A stretch of DNA of 54,549 nt from an uncultured Pseudomonadales bacterium (GCA_964586045.1 CAZPFY010000003.1:1-54549); one strand, 5' to 3'; shown: positions 18,598-27,353, numbered from the stretch's first letter. Notes: generated by a model from the sequence alone, not told the origin. Program-made: numbers and translations.

Positions 18598-18906
18598 ATG
18601 GTTAATATGGACACAGGTTTTAAAAAATTGGTTAATGTATTGGACAAGTTTGAGATGGGAGAAGAAAAACAAAAACGGATCAGTAGAGAGTTTCAAGATT
18701 ATGCTTACCGTTTGGCGGTGGCACTGGACGATACTGCCCACACAGCAATATATATGAGGATGGCCAAAAACACACCGAGAGAAGTTTTGGAGAAGGCAAA
18801 AAGTTTTGTGATTGATTCTAGCGCCAGGAGTAAAGCGAAGATGTTTATGTGGAAGGTGAGGCAGATAAAAGAAGAACTCAAGAACTCAAAAACTCAAAAA
18901 CTCTAA
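18598..18906 (+). CDS. hypothetical protein (102 aa)
   Basis: Complete ORF, no family recognised; the last 10 codons and the stop are supplied by repeat R8. Confidence 0.4.
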   Translation: MVNMDTGFKKLVNVLDKFEMGEEKQKRISREFQDYAYRLAVALDDTAHTAIYMRMAKNTPREVLEKAKSFVIDSSARSKAKMFMWKVRQIKEELKNSKTQKL

Positions 18907-18909
18907 ATG
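18872..18909 (+). repeat. A-rich oligo-repeat R8 (forms the C-terminus of ORF 18598..18906)
   Basis: aagaactcaagaactcaaaaactcaaaaactctaaatg, translated EELKNSKTQKL then stop. Confidence 0.75.
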
Positions 18910-18935
18910 TTGAATTACTTTGTTATTATTAGTTA

Positions 18936-20183
18936 ATGGAGAGAAAATTTAATTTTGGGGATTTGAAAAAAAGTTTTTGGGGTAGAGTGATGGTTGTTAG
19001 TTTGGTTTTGTTTTTTGTTTATTTGGGGGATGGAATTCTTTCTGATTGGGTTCCTGCTTATATTCAGAGTTCGATGGGAAATTCTTTTTTGATGGGAATA
19101 ATTATTTCTTTTTCTTCGGTGATTGGCTTTGCCTCAGATCTTATTTTTCCTCAATTGTTAAAAAGCTTTAAAACTAGAAAGTTAATTTTGATGGCGATTG
19201 GGTCTAGTTTGGTGTTTTGTGGAATATTGCTTTGGTCCACCTATTGGCCTTTAGTGGTGTTGTTTTTGGTTTCTATGGCCGTTTGGGGTATTTATTATGA
19301 ATTTTTGGGATTTGGAGGGCAACAATTTGTTTCGGAATCCGTACCGGCTTCGGCAAGGTCTGGAGCGTGGGCAATAATTGGGACCTTTAGAAGCTTGGCC
19401 TATTTTTTGGGTCCAATAATTGGTAGTTGGTTGACTATTAATAGAAATAATAGCGAAGTAGTAATTGTTTCAGCGATTTTTGTGGTAATCGGATATTTGT
19501 TTTGGTTGATTTCTGGGAGAGAAGGGAGTGAGGTTCCACTAGTTGCAGAACACGTTAAGGTAAATATTTGGGACGAATCGAAGCACTGGAAGGTTTTGTT
19601 TGAACATGTTTGGCCAGTTTTGACGATTAGTTTGATGATGGGAATAGTGGACGCTACTTTTTGGACAACAGGGACGGTACTGTCGGATAATTTGGCAAAA
19701 AACAGCTGGTGGGGAGGAATGTTTTTACCATTGTATATGTTACCAATGATTTTTATGGGGGTTTTGGTTGCTAAGTGGGGAGTGTACAAGGGTAAGAAAA
19801 AAATGGCTGAGGTTTTTATGCTAGTGGCTGGGATATTACTTGCTTTGATAGGGTGGAGAAGTGAAGTTTGGTTTTTGCTGATAATGTCTTTTGGGGTTGG
19901 TGCTTCGCTAGCTGTCGCTTGGCCAATGACTGACGCGGTGTATTCGGATATCGTGGCAAGAATGGGAAGAGAAGGGAAACATATGATGGGCCTTTCGGGG
20001 TCGACAATTAGTTTGGCCTACATAGTAGGCCCGGTGCTTGTTGGCTTCATTGCTAGTAGGGTTGGGGAAGTTAAAACTTTTGAGTATATGGGAATTGCAA
20101 TGACGGTAACGGCCACCATACTTTTGTTTGTAACTCCTAAAAAGTTACGGTTGCCACAAGAAGAAATACAAAAGTGGGAGTAG
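18936..20183 (+). CDS. MFS transporter
   Basis: 415 aa, about 12 TM segments; TGtTATTAT 6 nt before the ATG. Confidence 0.65.
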   Translation: MERKFNFGDLKKSFWGRVMVVSLVLFFVYLGDGILSDWVPAYIQSSMGNSFLMGIIISFSSVIGFASDLIFPQLLKSFKTRKLILMAIGSSLVFCGILLWSTYWPLVVLFLVSMAVWGIYYEFLGFGGQQFVSESVPASARSGAWAIIGTFRSLAYFLGPIIGSWLTINRNNSEVVIVSAIFVVIGYLFWLISGREGSEVPLVAEHVKVNIWDESKHWKVLFEHVWPVLTISLMMGIVDATFWTTGTVLSDNLAKNSWWGGMFLPLYMLPMIFMGVLVAKWGVYKGKKKMAEVFMLVAGILLALIGWRSEVWFLLIMSFGVGASLAVAWPMTDAVYSDIVARMGREGKHMMGLSGSTISLAYIVGPVLVGFIASRVGEVKTFEYMGIAMTVTATILLFVTPKKLRLPQEEIQKWE

Positions 20184-20196
20184 AATTAATTTTGAG

Positions 20197-20754
20197 ATGA
20201 AAAATGTAAATAAAATTATTTTGCATCAGTATGTGCTTTTTGGTATTTTGGGGATATTGGTACTGCGGACTTTGTTGGCAACTCAGTTTTATGTGGGTTT
20301 GGGTTTACTGTGGTGGTTGCTGGGAGCGATGATTGGCTTTTTGTTTGTGTTTGTTGACAGTTTTGTTTTTAGTTTGATGATGAAACCCAACGAATCAATA
20401 ACAGATAGATTGAAAGAGTTTTTTGATAAAAGAAATATTAAAGGTAATATTGCTCTGTTGCTTATGGAAAAAATGGAGCATAAACAGCAAATAATGAGAA
20501 GCTTTTTGTTTTTGGTAACTTGGGTGGTACTTGGTTTTTTGACGATGAGCAGTATAGTAAATGATTTTTCACGAGGACTTGTTTTGGGAATTGGGACGCA
20601 CTTGGTCTTTGATTTGGTTTATGACTATTTTTACGATAAGCCTAGCTTTGATAATTGGTTTTGGCAGATAAAAAGAGAGTTGAGCCATGAAGAAAAAAGG
20701 AATGTTTTGATGATTGTTTGTTTTGTTTACTTTGTTTTGGCGATGAGGTTTTGA
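20197..20754 (+). CDS. membrane protein, unknown function (185 aa)
   Basis: Several hydrophobic helices; no family recognised. Confidence 0.45.
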   Translation: MKNVNKIILHQYVLFGILGILVLRTLLATQFYVGLGLLWWLLGAMIGFLFVFVDSFVFSLMMKPNESITDRLKEFFDKRNIKGNIALLLMEKMEHKQQIMRSFLFLVTWVVLGFLTMSSIVNDFSRGLVLGIGTHLVFDLVYDYFYDKPSFDNWFWQIKRELSHEEKRNVLMIVCFVYFVLAMRF

Positions 20755-20762
20755 GAAATAAA

Positions 20763-20784
20763 AACACCCCAAAAGTGGGGTGTT
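20763..20784. terminator. hairpin terminator between convergent genes
   Basis: AACACCCC-aaaagt-GGGGTGTT, A-run on the left (U-run for the minus transcript). Confidence 0.6.
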
Positions 20785-20790
20785 GGATAT

Positions 20791-21396
20791 TTATTCGTCT
20801 GAGCTAAGCTTTTCAACTTTTTTGACTTCAATACTGATTGCATCTCCGGCGAGCACTGTGCCAATGATTGCGCCGATTATGAAGTATATGAATGAGGCGC
20901 CTAAGCGAGTTAGAATGGCCATGGGGAATCCTAAAACCATTAACAATATGTTATAGATTAGCCATAGGAGTATCGCAATTATGGTTGGATCTGAAATTTC
21001 AGACTCTTCTTTTGGAGCGGGTGAAACTCCTATCCCAAAACCGCATATCGCAATGTAAATATTACTAGCGAGAGTGAAGCCCCAGACTGCGGTATCTATG
21101 TTCACAAAGAACAGAAGGGCAACGGTGGCGACGAAGAAGGAAAAGAGATAGGTTGCGGAGACGACGGTGAAGACCGGGTTTTCGGGAATAGTTGGTTTTG
21201 TTTTTTTCGAATCGGTTTCTTGCTGAACTTCTAATGATTCTTCTACCTCAGCTTCCTGTTGGTCAGACTCTTTAAGCTGATCGACTTCGAGGAAGTGTGT
21301 TTTGCCACAGTTTGGACACGCGTAAACTTCGTTGGGTTTGATATCTGTGAGATTGGCACCACATCGTAAGCAGTAGATCATAATTAGGTTTGCCAT
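20791..21396 (-). CDS. zinc-ribbon membrane protein (201 aa)
   Basis: N-terminal CLRCG..CPNCG zinc ribbon, acidic linker, four hydrophobic helices; AAGGAG SD. Confidence 0.5.
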   Translation of the reverse strand: MANLIMIYCLRCGANLTDIKPNEVYACPNCGKTHFLEVDQLKESDQQEAEVEESLEVQQETDSKKTKPTIPENPVFTVVSATYLFSFFVATVALLFFVNIDTAVWGFTLASNIYIAICGFGIGVSPAPKEESEISDPTIIAILLWLIYNILLMVLGFPMAILTRLGASFIYFIIGAIIGTVLAGDAISIEVKKVEKLSSDE

Positions 21397-21495
21397 AGAG
21401 CATTACTCCTTTTGATATAGAATGTTAGTTTGCTGTCCTATATTATATCACAACCGGTATTTGGTAGGTAGAACTTTGAGGCTAAAAAACCTCGC

Positions 21496-21906
21496 TTAGG
21501 GCGAGGTTTGGGGAGAGGTGATTTTGGCCACATGTCTGCCGAGGTTTGTAAAAAACGCAATTATGGCTATGGTGATTAGGAAATGAGCTATAAAACCGCT
21601 GATTATGTTAAAAATAAGGTTTGATGTGAATTTATAAAATACAAATGGGAAGATGAAAAAATTGATAACATACGTTGCGACAGCAAAGCCTGACATCTCT
21701 GAGTTTATTCTGGCATTTGGATAAATTTGGTCAGACATCCCTTTGAGTACACACAATGTTGTAAAAAAGAAAAGTTTTACGAAATATATGCTGAACCAGT
21801 CTGTGTTATTTTGAAGCAAAAGGCCGGTGTTAATTAGAAAGAAAGCGGTGGAAAGTGCAACAACATATTTTTTGTAGGGCGATACCTTGGGAGACTTTTT
21901 GGTCAT
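21496..21906 (-). CDS. membrane protein, unknown function (136 aa)
   Basis: Four hydrophobic helices; AAGGAG SD 6 nt upstream; shares a promoter/leader motif with the neighbouring minus-strand gene. Confidence 0.45.
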   Translation of the reverse strand: MTKKSPKVSPYKKYVVALSTAFFLINTGLLLQNNTDWFSIYFVKLFFFTTLCVLKGMSDQIYPNARINSEMSGFAVATYVINFFIFPFVFYKFTSNLIFNIISGFIAHFLITIAIIAFFTNLGRHVAKITSPQTSP

Positions 21907-21976
21907 TTTTGACTCCTTATTTTAATTTGCTGTCCCATATTATATATCAATAAAGTTATTGTCGGTAATTTGCTTA

Positions 21977-22005
21977 TTGACATACCCTGCTGGGGTATGT
22001 ATGAT
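21977..22005 (+). promoter_or_regulatory. sigma70-type promoter with embedded CsoR-family-type operator
   Basis: TTGACA (21977-82), 17 nt spacer, TATGAT (22000-05); the spacer is the inverted repeat ACATACCC-tgctg-GGGTATGT (21980-22000). Confidence 0.65.
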
Positions 22006-22015
22006 AAAAGAAGTT

Positions 22016-22045
22016 AAAACTCAAAAAATCAAAAACTCAAAATGA
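22016..22045 (+). repeat. A-rich oligo-repeat R9 (5' UTR; its terminal ATG is the start codon of 22042..22269)
   Basis: aaaactcaaaaaatcaaaaactcaaaatga. Confidence 0.85.
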
Positions 22046-22269
22046 ATGTTGAAGAAAAGAAAAAATTGCAGGTAGCCTTGAGGCGGGTTCAAGGACAAAT
22101 TGGAGGAATAGAAAAAATGGTAGCTGGAGATAAGAGTTGTGACGCGGTGGTAACTCAAATTGTGGCTTCGATGAGCTCGCTGCGGAGTGTGGCAAAAACT
22201 TTGTTGGCTGAAGCGGTAGGTAGCTGCTCAAAAGAAGATTACACTAAACTTTTAAAAAGATTTCTTTAA
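22042..22269 (+). CDS. CsoR/RcnR/FrmR-family (DUF156) metal- or thiol-sensing repressor
   Basis: 75 aa; LRRVQGQIGGIEKMV helix; two Cys (KSCDAV, GSCSKED) with no His in the CsoR Cu-ligand position. Confidence 0.75.
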   Translation: MNVEEKKKLQVALRRVQGQIGGIEKMVAGDKSCDAVVTQIVASMSSLRSVAKTLLAEAVGSCSKEDYTKLLKRFL

Positions 22270-22295
22270 TATTTATTATTTATAATTAAAAAAAT

Positions 22296-22619
22296 ATGGC
22301 GTTATTACATTTTACAGACCAAACGTTTGATCAAGAGGTATTAAAAGCGGACAAGCCGGTTTTAGTGGACTTTTTTGCTGATTGGTGTGGACCATGCCGA
22401 ATGGTGGCTCCGGTAATTGAGGAGCTGTCTGGAACTTATGATGGTAAGGTGTTGGTGGGGAAACTTGATGTGGATGCTAATCCAAAAGTGGCTGGGGATT
22501 ATAGAGTAATGAGTATTCCTACAGTAATTGTTTTTGAGAAAGGCAAGGAAGTTTCTCGACAGGTTGGATTTGCGGGAAAAGAGGGATACATTAAGATGCT
22601 AGAGCAAGTTATTAAATAA
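22296..22619 (+). CDS. trxA: thioredoxin
   Basis: 107 aa, WCGPC active site. Confidence 0.95.
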   Translation: MALLHFTDQTFDQEVLKADKPVLVDFFADWCGPCRMVAPVIEELSGTYDGKVLVGKLDVDANPKVAGDYRVMSIPTVIVFEKGKEVSRQVGFAGKEGYIKMLEQVIK

Positions 22620-22787
22620 TTTTTGATTTTTTGTCGGCTCATGTTCTTTTTGTCGACCGATAGTTCCACATCTCCTGCGGATGTGGCCTATCTACATACT
22701 CGACTCAAAATTCCTGAGTACAGGATCCAAGCATTTTGAGTCTGCGTAAGTTCTCCAAAAGAACAAAAGCCTTTAAAATCAAAAATT
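22619..22787. repeat. structured intergenic element, copy SR-B
   Basis: Begins at the trxA stop. Helices: tttttgatttt/aaaatcaaaaa; GGCT..TGTTCTTTT/AAAAGAACA..AGCC; CCACATC-tcctgcg-GATGTGG; CTCAAAAT[TCCTG-agta-CAGGA tccaagc]ATTTTGAG. Confidence 0.75.
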
Positions 22788-22819
22788 GATTATTAGTGCA
22801 TATATATTAAGATTTAGAT

Positions 22820-23830
22820 ATGGAAAAGAAAATTTGGGATGTGGTAATTATTGGTGGTGGACCAAGTGGCTATACGGCGGCGATATACGCTGCGCGAGCA
22901 ACTTTATCGACCTTGGTGCTTACGGGTATTGCAGCTGGTGGTCAACTAATGAATACAACTGAGGTAGAGAATTTCCCTGGGTTTGGTAAGGGAATACAGG
23001 GACCGGACTTGATGATGGAGATGATGGACCAGGCTAAAAGATTTGGGGCGGAACTGAAAATGGAAAATGTAACGAAGGTGGAATCTGTAAAAACTCAAAA
23101 AATCAAAAACTCAAAAAATCAAAATGAGGAATTTGATTTGAAAAAAATATTTGTGGGAGAAGAGGAGATATTGGCAAAGACGGTAATTATTTCGACGGGG
23201 GCAGGTTCTAAATGGCTGGGTGTAGGCGAAGAAAAATATTTGGGCAAAGGGGTAAGCACTTGTGCGGTTTGTGATGCGGCTTTTTTTCGAGATAAAGTAA
23301 CTTATGTAGTGGGAGGGGGAGATGCGGCAATAGAGGATGCTTTGGCTCTTGCCAAATTTGCTAAGAGAGTAAATTTGGTAGTGAGAAGATCTGAGCTTAG
23401 GGCAAGTAAGATAATGCAGGAGAGAGTGTTGAACAATCCAAAGATAAAGATAATTTGGAATAGTGAAACAGTGGAAGTTGGAGGAGACGATGCGTTAAAA
23501 ACTCTAAAAATCAAAAATTCAAAAACTCAAAATGTGGAGGAGTTTGTAACAGATGGGCTGTTTTTGGCTATTGGTCATTTTCCGACTACTGGTTTGTTTA
23601 AGGGGCAAGTAGAACTTAACGAAAAAGATTTTGTGAAGACAGCAGTAAATGGTGAGTTGAAAACTGATTGGCTGGAAGGATATCCAACTCAAACATCTAT
23701 CAGTGGTGTCTTTGCCTGTGGAGATGTGGTGGACTTTCGCTATAAGCAAGCAATTACGGCGGCGGGGATGGGGTGTCAGGCAGCACTCGACGCAGAAAAA
23801 TATTTAACAGGAAAAACAACAAGTTATTGA
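22820..23830 (+). CDS. trxB: thioredoxin-disulfide reductase
   Basis: 336 aa; GGGPSGYTAA FAD motif, redox CAVCD, GGGDAAIEDA NADPH motif, GDV; carries repeats R10 and R11 in frame. Confidence 0.95.
   Translation: MEKKIWDVVIIGGGPSGYTAAIYAARATLSTLVLTGIAAGGQLMNTTEVENFPGFGKGIQGPDLMMEMMDQAKRFGAELKMENVTKVESVKTQKIKNSKNQNEEFDLKKIFVGEEEILAKTVIISTGAGSKWLGVGEEKYLGKGVSTCAVCDAAFFRDKVTYVVGGGDAAIEDALALAKFAKRVNLVVRRSELRASKIMQERVLNNPKIKIIWNSETVEVGGDDALKTLKIKNSKTQNVEEFVTDGLFLAIGHFPTTGLFKGQVELNEKDFVKTAVNGELKTDWLEGYPTQTSISGVFACGDVVDFRYKQAITAAGMGCQAALDAEKYLTGKTTSY
23089..23127 (+). repeat. A-rich oligo-repeat R10 (in frame in trxB)
   Basis: aaaaactcaaaaaatcaaaaactcaaaaaatcaaaatga, translated KTQKIKNSKNQNE. Confidence 0.85.
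23497..23534 (+). repeat. A-rich oligo-repeat R11 (in frame in trxB)
   Basis: aaaaactctaaaaatcaaaaattcaaaaactcaaaatg, translated KTLKIKNSKTQN. Confidence 0.8.
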
Positions 23831-23831
23831 T

Positions 23832-24425
23832 ATGGGAGATCAAGAAATAAAAGAAAAGGTTGAGGGTCTAATGGGTAAATTGGAACACTCACCTGATATG
23901 GATGGTGGAGAAATGCAAGACGTAGTGGATAGTAATGATATGGTGATTGGAGTGTTGCCAAGGGGGGTTATTTGGGATAATGGCTTGGAAAATAATACAA
24001 GGGTGGTGAATATTTTTGTTCAAAATGAAAAAGGTGAGGTACTTTTGCCCGTACGATCATACAAAAAGAGATACTTGCCTGGTGGCTATGATTATTCCTG
24101 CGGAGAGAATTTGCAATCAGGTGAAGATTACTTTTCGGCTGCTGTCAGGGGGCTAAAAGAGGAGCTAGGGGTTGAGGGTGAGGCTTTGGTTGAAAAAGTA
24201 GCCTTTGTTCCCGATAAGTCGAAAGATACGTTTTGTTTTGGTAGGGCATATTTGTGTGTTATTGATACGGAGAAAGTTTTGGTTAGGACGAATGGGGATG
24301 AGGTGGAGAGGTTTGAGTGGAAGAGTTTGGATGAGATAAGAACAATGCTAAAAACAGAACAAGATAGATTTAAAAGAGACTATAAATCTATTTTTGAAAT
24401 GGTTTTTGGAATAGAGATGGTATAA
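23832..24425 (+). CDS. NUDIX hydrolase
   Basis: 197 aa; Nudix box GENLQSGEDYFSAAVRGLKEELGV. Confidence 0.75.
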   Translation: MGDQEIKEKVEGLMGKLEHSPDMDGGEMQDVVDSNDMVIGVLPRGVIWDNGLENNTRVVNIFVQNEKGEVLLPVRSYKKRYLPGGYDYSCGENLQSGEDYFSAAVRGLKEELGVEGEALVEKVAFVPDKSKDTFCFGRAYLCVIDTEKVLVRTNGDEVERFEWKSLDEIRTMLKTEQDRFKRDYKSIFEMVFGIEMV

Positions 24426-24459
24426 TAGGCCTATAAGTAAACTTTGACAGGAGGTATTT

Positions 24460-24717
24460 GTGGCTAAAAATTGGCAAGAAGAACTTCTTGAGTTGTTGAG
24501 ACCTCTGATGATGTGCTCAACCGAAGATCGGTACAAGATCTTGTTGCAAACAAATTTCGGTAAAAAGTATATTGATTCTTTTAATTTGCAAAACAGCATT
24601 CTTGAGGTAAAGATCGGTATTGCAGATATTCTTATGAGAATTGGGGGTGAGCAAGACTTTTTAGAAGAACTAAAGAAGTTTCCAATTCCAGAATGGTACA
24701 AACAGATTAAAAAGTAG
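24460..24717 (+). CDS. small protein, paralog 1 of a tandem pair (85 aa)
   Basis: GTG start behind AGGAGG SD; aligns over its whole length with the next ORF (L..PLMMCS.E.RY....GK..I...N...S...V......IL.R.GG...F..E..K.P.PEWYK). Confidence 0.55.
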   Translation: MAKNWQEELLELLRPLMMCSTEDRYKILLQTNFGKKYIDSFNLQNSILEVKIGIADILMRIGGEQDFLEELKKFPIPEWYKQIKK

Positions 24718-24728
24718 GAGGCAGGAAA

Positions 24729-24977
24729 ATGGATGAAAGTCAAAAGAAGAGACTCCAGAAAGCACTGATGCCACTTTTGATGTGTTCTGTTGAGCAACGT
24801 TACGCACTATTTTATTTATCTAAGACTGGTAAGCGGTTTATTTCACAACTTAACTTTGAAGGTAGTGTCGTTGATGTGATGGGTAGGGTGGCGATAATTC
24901 TTGAGAGGTTTGGTGGTATTGGCGAGTTTGTTGATGAATTTGAAAAATTACCAAAGCCTGAGTGGTATAAGGAATAG
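24729..24977 (+). CDS. small protein, paralog 2 of a tandem pair (82 aa)
   Basis: ATG behind AGGAGG SD; paralogous to 24460..24717. Confidence 0.55.
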   Translation: MDESQKKRLQKALMPLLMCSVEQRYALFYLSKTGKRFISQLNFEGSVVDVMGRVAIILERFGGIGEFVDEFEKLPKPEWYKE

Positions 24978-25110
24978 TCCTCCAGAGATGGGGGATTTTT
25001 TTGTAGTCATTTTTTGTTTTTGTTACTGTTTCGGAATGAGTTAAAATATCTGTAAGCAACCATTTGAGATTGCTTCGGTTCGAGTACGAGACTCGCAATG
25101 ACGAAGAAAG

Positions 25111-26808
25111 ATGAAAATTAAAGAAATAATCGTAGAGGCAATTAAAAAACTGGAACTGGACGCAGAAGTATTGGTGGAGCGCCCAGGAGATATGGAGCGG
25201 GGAGATTTCTCCTGTAATATTGTCATGGTTTTGGCGAGAAAGACTGGGGAGAATCCAAGGGAACTGGCAGAAAAATTGGTGGAGAAACTGAAAAAAGATA
25301 AAGAGCTAGCGCTAGTCGTTGATTTGGAAAAAATTGAAGTCGCTGGGCCGGGGTTTATAAATTTTTGGGTTCGAGACGAGTATTTGTCGCTCGCCATGGG
25401 ACTTGCAAAAAATGATGAGTATTGGGGGCAGAGTGAGTTTATGAAAGGGAAGAAAGTTTTGGTGGAGTATAGTTCGCCTAATGTAGCCAAGAGGTTTTCG
25501 GTGGGACACTTGAGATCCACAATCGTAGGTCAGGCAATATATAACCTGTATAAAGCAAGTGGGGCAAAGATGACGAATGATAATCATTTGGGAGATTGGG
25601 GAACGCAGTTTGGAATGATTGTGGCGGGAGTAGAGGAAGAAAAACTAGATTTGGAATCACTAACAATTGAGAGTTTAGAGGAGCTATACGTCCGATTTAA
25701 TAAAAGAATTGAAGATAATTTGGAACTTAGGAATATAGCAAAAGAAGCCTTTGCGCGGTTGGAAAAAGGTGACGAAAACGCAAGAGCTATATGGAAAAAG
25801 ACGATAGAAGTGTCGATGGCTGAGTTTGAGAAAATATATGAAAAACTGGGGGTTAAATTTGAAAATACTTACGGGGAAAGTGCTTATGAGAAGATGATGC
25901 CCGAGATAATTGAAGAGGCCAAGAAAAAAGGAATAGCGGTTGAAGGGGAGGGCGGGGCATGGATTGTGAAGTTTGAGGAAAATGGGAAAGAGTACATGTC
26001 TCCGGCGATGCTGGTAAAAGGAGACGGAACAACAACTTATTTTACGAGAGACTTGGCGACAATTAAATTGAGACTTACAGAAGAAAAACTAAATGTTGAT
26101 TTGTATGTTTATGAGGTTGGCGGAGAACAGAGACTTCACTTGAGACAGGTTTTTGAGGTAGTTCGAAAGCTATGGCCGACAGAGACGGAAGGAAAGAGGT
26201 TTGTCCATGTTCCCCATGGATTGCTAACTTTACCTGAAGGAAAAATGAGCACTAGAAAGGGAAATACAATAAAACTGGAAGAGTTATTGGATAAGGCACA
26301 AGATGAAGCCTTGGATAGATCGGAGGGAAAATACACGAAGAAAGAAGCGGAGTTGATGGGGATAAATGCGGTGAAGTATAACGAACTGCGAAGGTCTCCA
26401 GGTATGGATTATGTATTTTTGTGGGAGGAGGCATTATCGATGGCGGGAAATAGTGCGCCATATATTAATTATGCGTATGTAAGAGCGAAGAAGATTGGTG
26501 AAAAAATCGAAACTGAAAAAACTCAAAAACTCAAAATATTGTTTGAGGGGGAGGAGAAAAATTTGGCGAGATGGCTTATGAAGTTTGCTGAAGGAGAGGT
26601 GGTGGAAGAGGCAGCAAAAAATTTTTCACCTCAATTAATTTGTGCTTATCTTTTTGAAGTGGCGAAGAGATTTAATGCTTTTTATGATCAGAATAAGGTA
26701 CTTGATGATCCGCGGGAGAAAGAAAGATTGGTTCTTGTTTCTGCTGTTGCAGAGATAATTAAAAGAGGGATGAAGTTGTTGGGGATAGAGATGGTGGAGA
26801 AGATGTAA
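25111..26808 (+). CDS. argS: arginyl-tRNA synthetase
   Basis: 565 aa; N-terminal Arg_tRNA_synt_N, class I HIGH-type SSPNVAKRFSVGHLRS, KMSTRKG (KMSKS), DALR anticodon-binding C-terminus; repeat R12 in frame. Confidence 0.95.
   Translation: MKIKEIIVEAIKKLELDAEVLVERPGDMERGDFSCNIVMVLARKTGENPRELAEKLVEKLKKDKELALVVDLEKIEVAGPGFINFWVRDEYLSLAMGLAKNDEYWGQSEFMKGKKVLVEYSSPNVAKRFSVGHLRSTIVGQAIYNLYKASGAKMTNDNHLGDWGTQFGMIVAGVEEEKLDLESLTIESLEELYVRFNKRIEDNLELRNIAKEAFARLEKGDENARAIWKKTIEVSMAEFEKIYEKLGVKFENTYGESAYEKMMPEIIEEAKKKGIAVEGEGGAWIVKFEENGKEYMSPAMLVKGDGTTTYFTRDLATIKLRLTEEKLNVDLYVYEVGGEQRLHLRQVFEVVRKLWPTETEGKRFVHVPHGLLTLPEGKMSTRKGNTIKLEELLDKAQDEALDRSEGKYTKKEAELMGINAVKYNELRRSPGMDYVFLWEEALSMAGNSAPYINYAYVRAKKIGEKIETEKTQKLKILFEGEEKNLARWLMKFAEGEVVEEAAKNFSPQLICAYLFEVAKRFNAFYDQNKVLDDPREKERLVLVSAVAEIIKRGMKLLGIEMVEKM
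26501..26537 (+). repeat. A-rich oligo-repeat R12 (in frame in argS)
   Basis: aaaaaatcgaaactgaaaaaactcaaaaactcaaaat, translated EKIETEKTQKLKI. Confidence 0.7.
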
Positions 26809-26818
26809 CCATAATAAA

Positions 26819-26836
26819 GCCCCGAAAATTCGGGGC
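26819..26836. terminator. hairpin between convergent argS and 26842..27294
   Basis: GCCCCG-aaaatt-CGGGGC; U-run only for the minus-strand transcript. Confidence 0.55.
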
Positions 26837-26841
26837 GTGGG

Positions 26842-27294
26842 TTATCGGCTTTCTGTTTGAGCACTTAAGATTTCGATTTGGTTTTTGACATGGGTAAAGC
26901 AGTAGTGGGCATCTTGGGGACTAGCTACGATGGAGATGACCACCCTAGTATCGTTATTGATCCAGATAGCATCACAGTAGCCTTCTGTAGAGATATTGGC
27001 GTCTGGATCATCATTTTGGCAAGCACAATCGTCGAGGTAGCCGGCTTGGAGTTCTTTGGCAATAGCTAGACAAGCATCGTGGTCAAAGTTTGAGGGTACT
27101 GCTCTCGCAATTGGTGGTTTTTTTCTTTTGATGTTTAAAAAGGTCCCGTAAGAAAAGTCGGTAATTTTGTCGCCATTGAACTGGATGAAGGAGACGTAGA
27201 TAAACGGGGTATTGCCGGGGTCAAAAAAGATATCATCTTCAATTGGTATTGCGAGAAACTTGATTAGAGCCTCGATTTGCTTGAGGTGGTTCAT
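26842..27294 (-). CDS. hypothetical acidic protein (150 aa)
   Basis: Start set at ATG 27294 behind AAGGAG SD; the longer ORF to 27360 would overlap lysS; no family recognised. Confidence 0.5.
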   Translation of the reverse strand: MNHLKQIEALIKFLAIPIEDDIFFDPGNTPFIYVSFIQFNGDKITDFSYGTFLNIKRKKPPIARAVPSNFDHDACLAIAKELQAGYLDDCACQNDDPDANISTEGYCDAIWINNDTRVVISIVASPQDAHYCFTHVKNQIEILSAQTESR

Positions 27295-27353
27295 TTTTGG
27301 CTCCTTTGTTTTAAAAGTGTGAATAGACCGTATCTTAGGGTAGAATTGGACAT

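Noticed and set aside
24348-24797. 149-aa minus-strand ORF overlapping the NUDIX 3' end and both small paralogs.
   Set aside because: The + strand paralogs have strong SDs and mutual protein-level similarity. The antisense ORF has neither.
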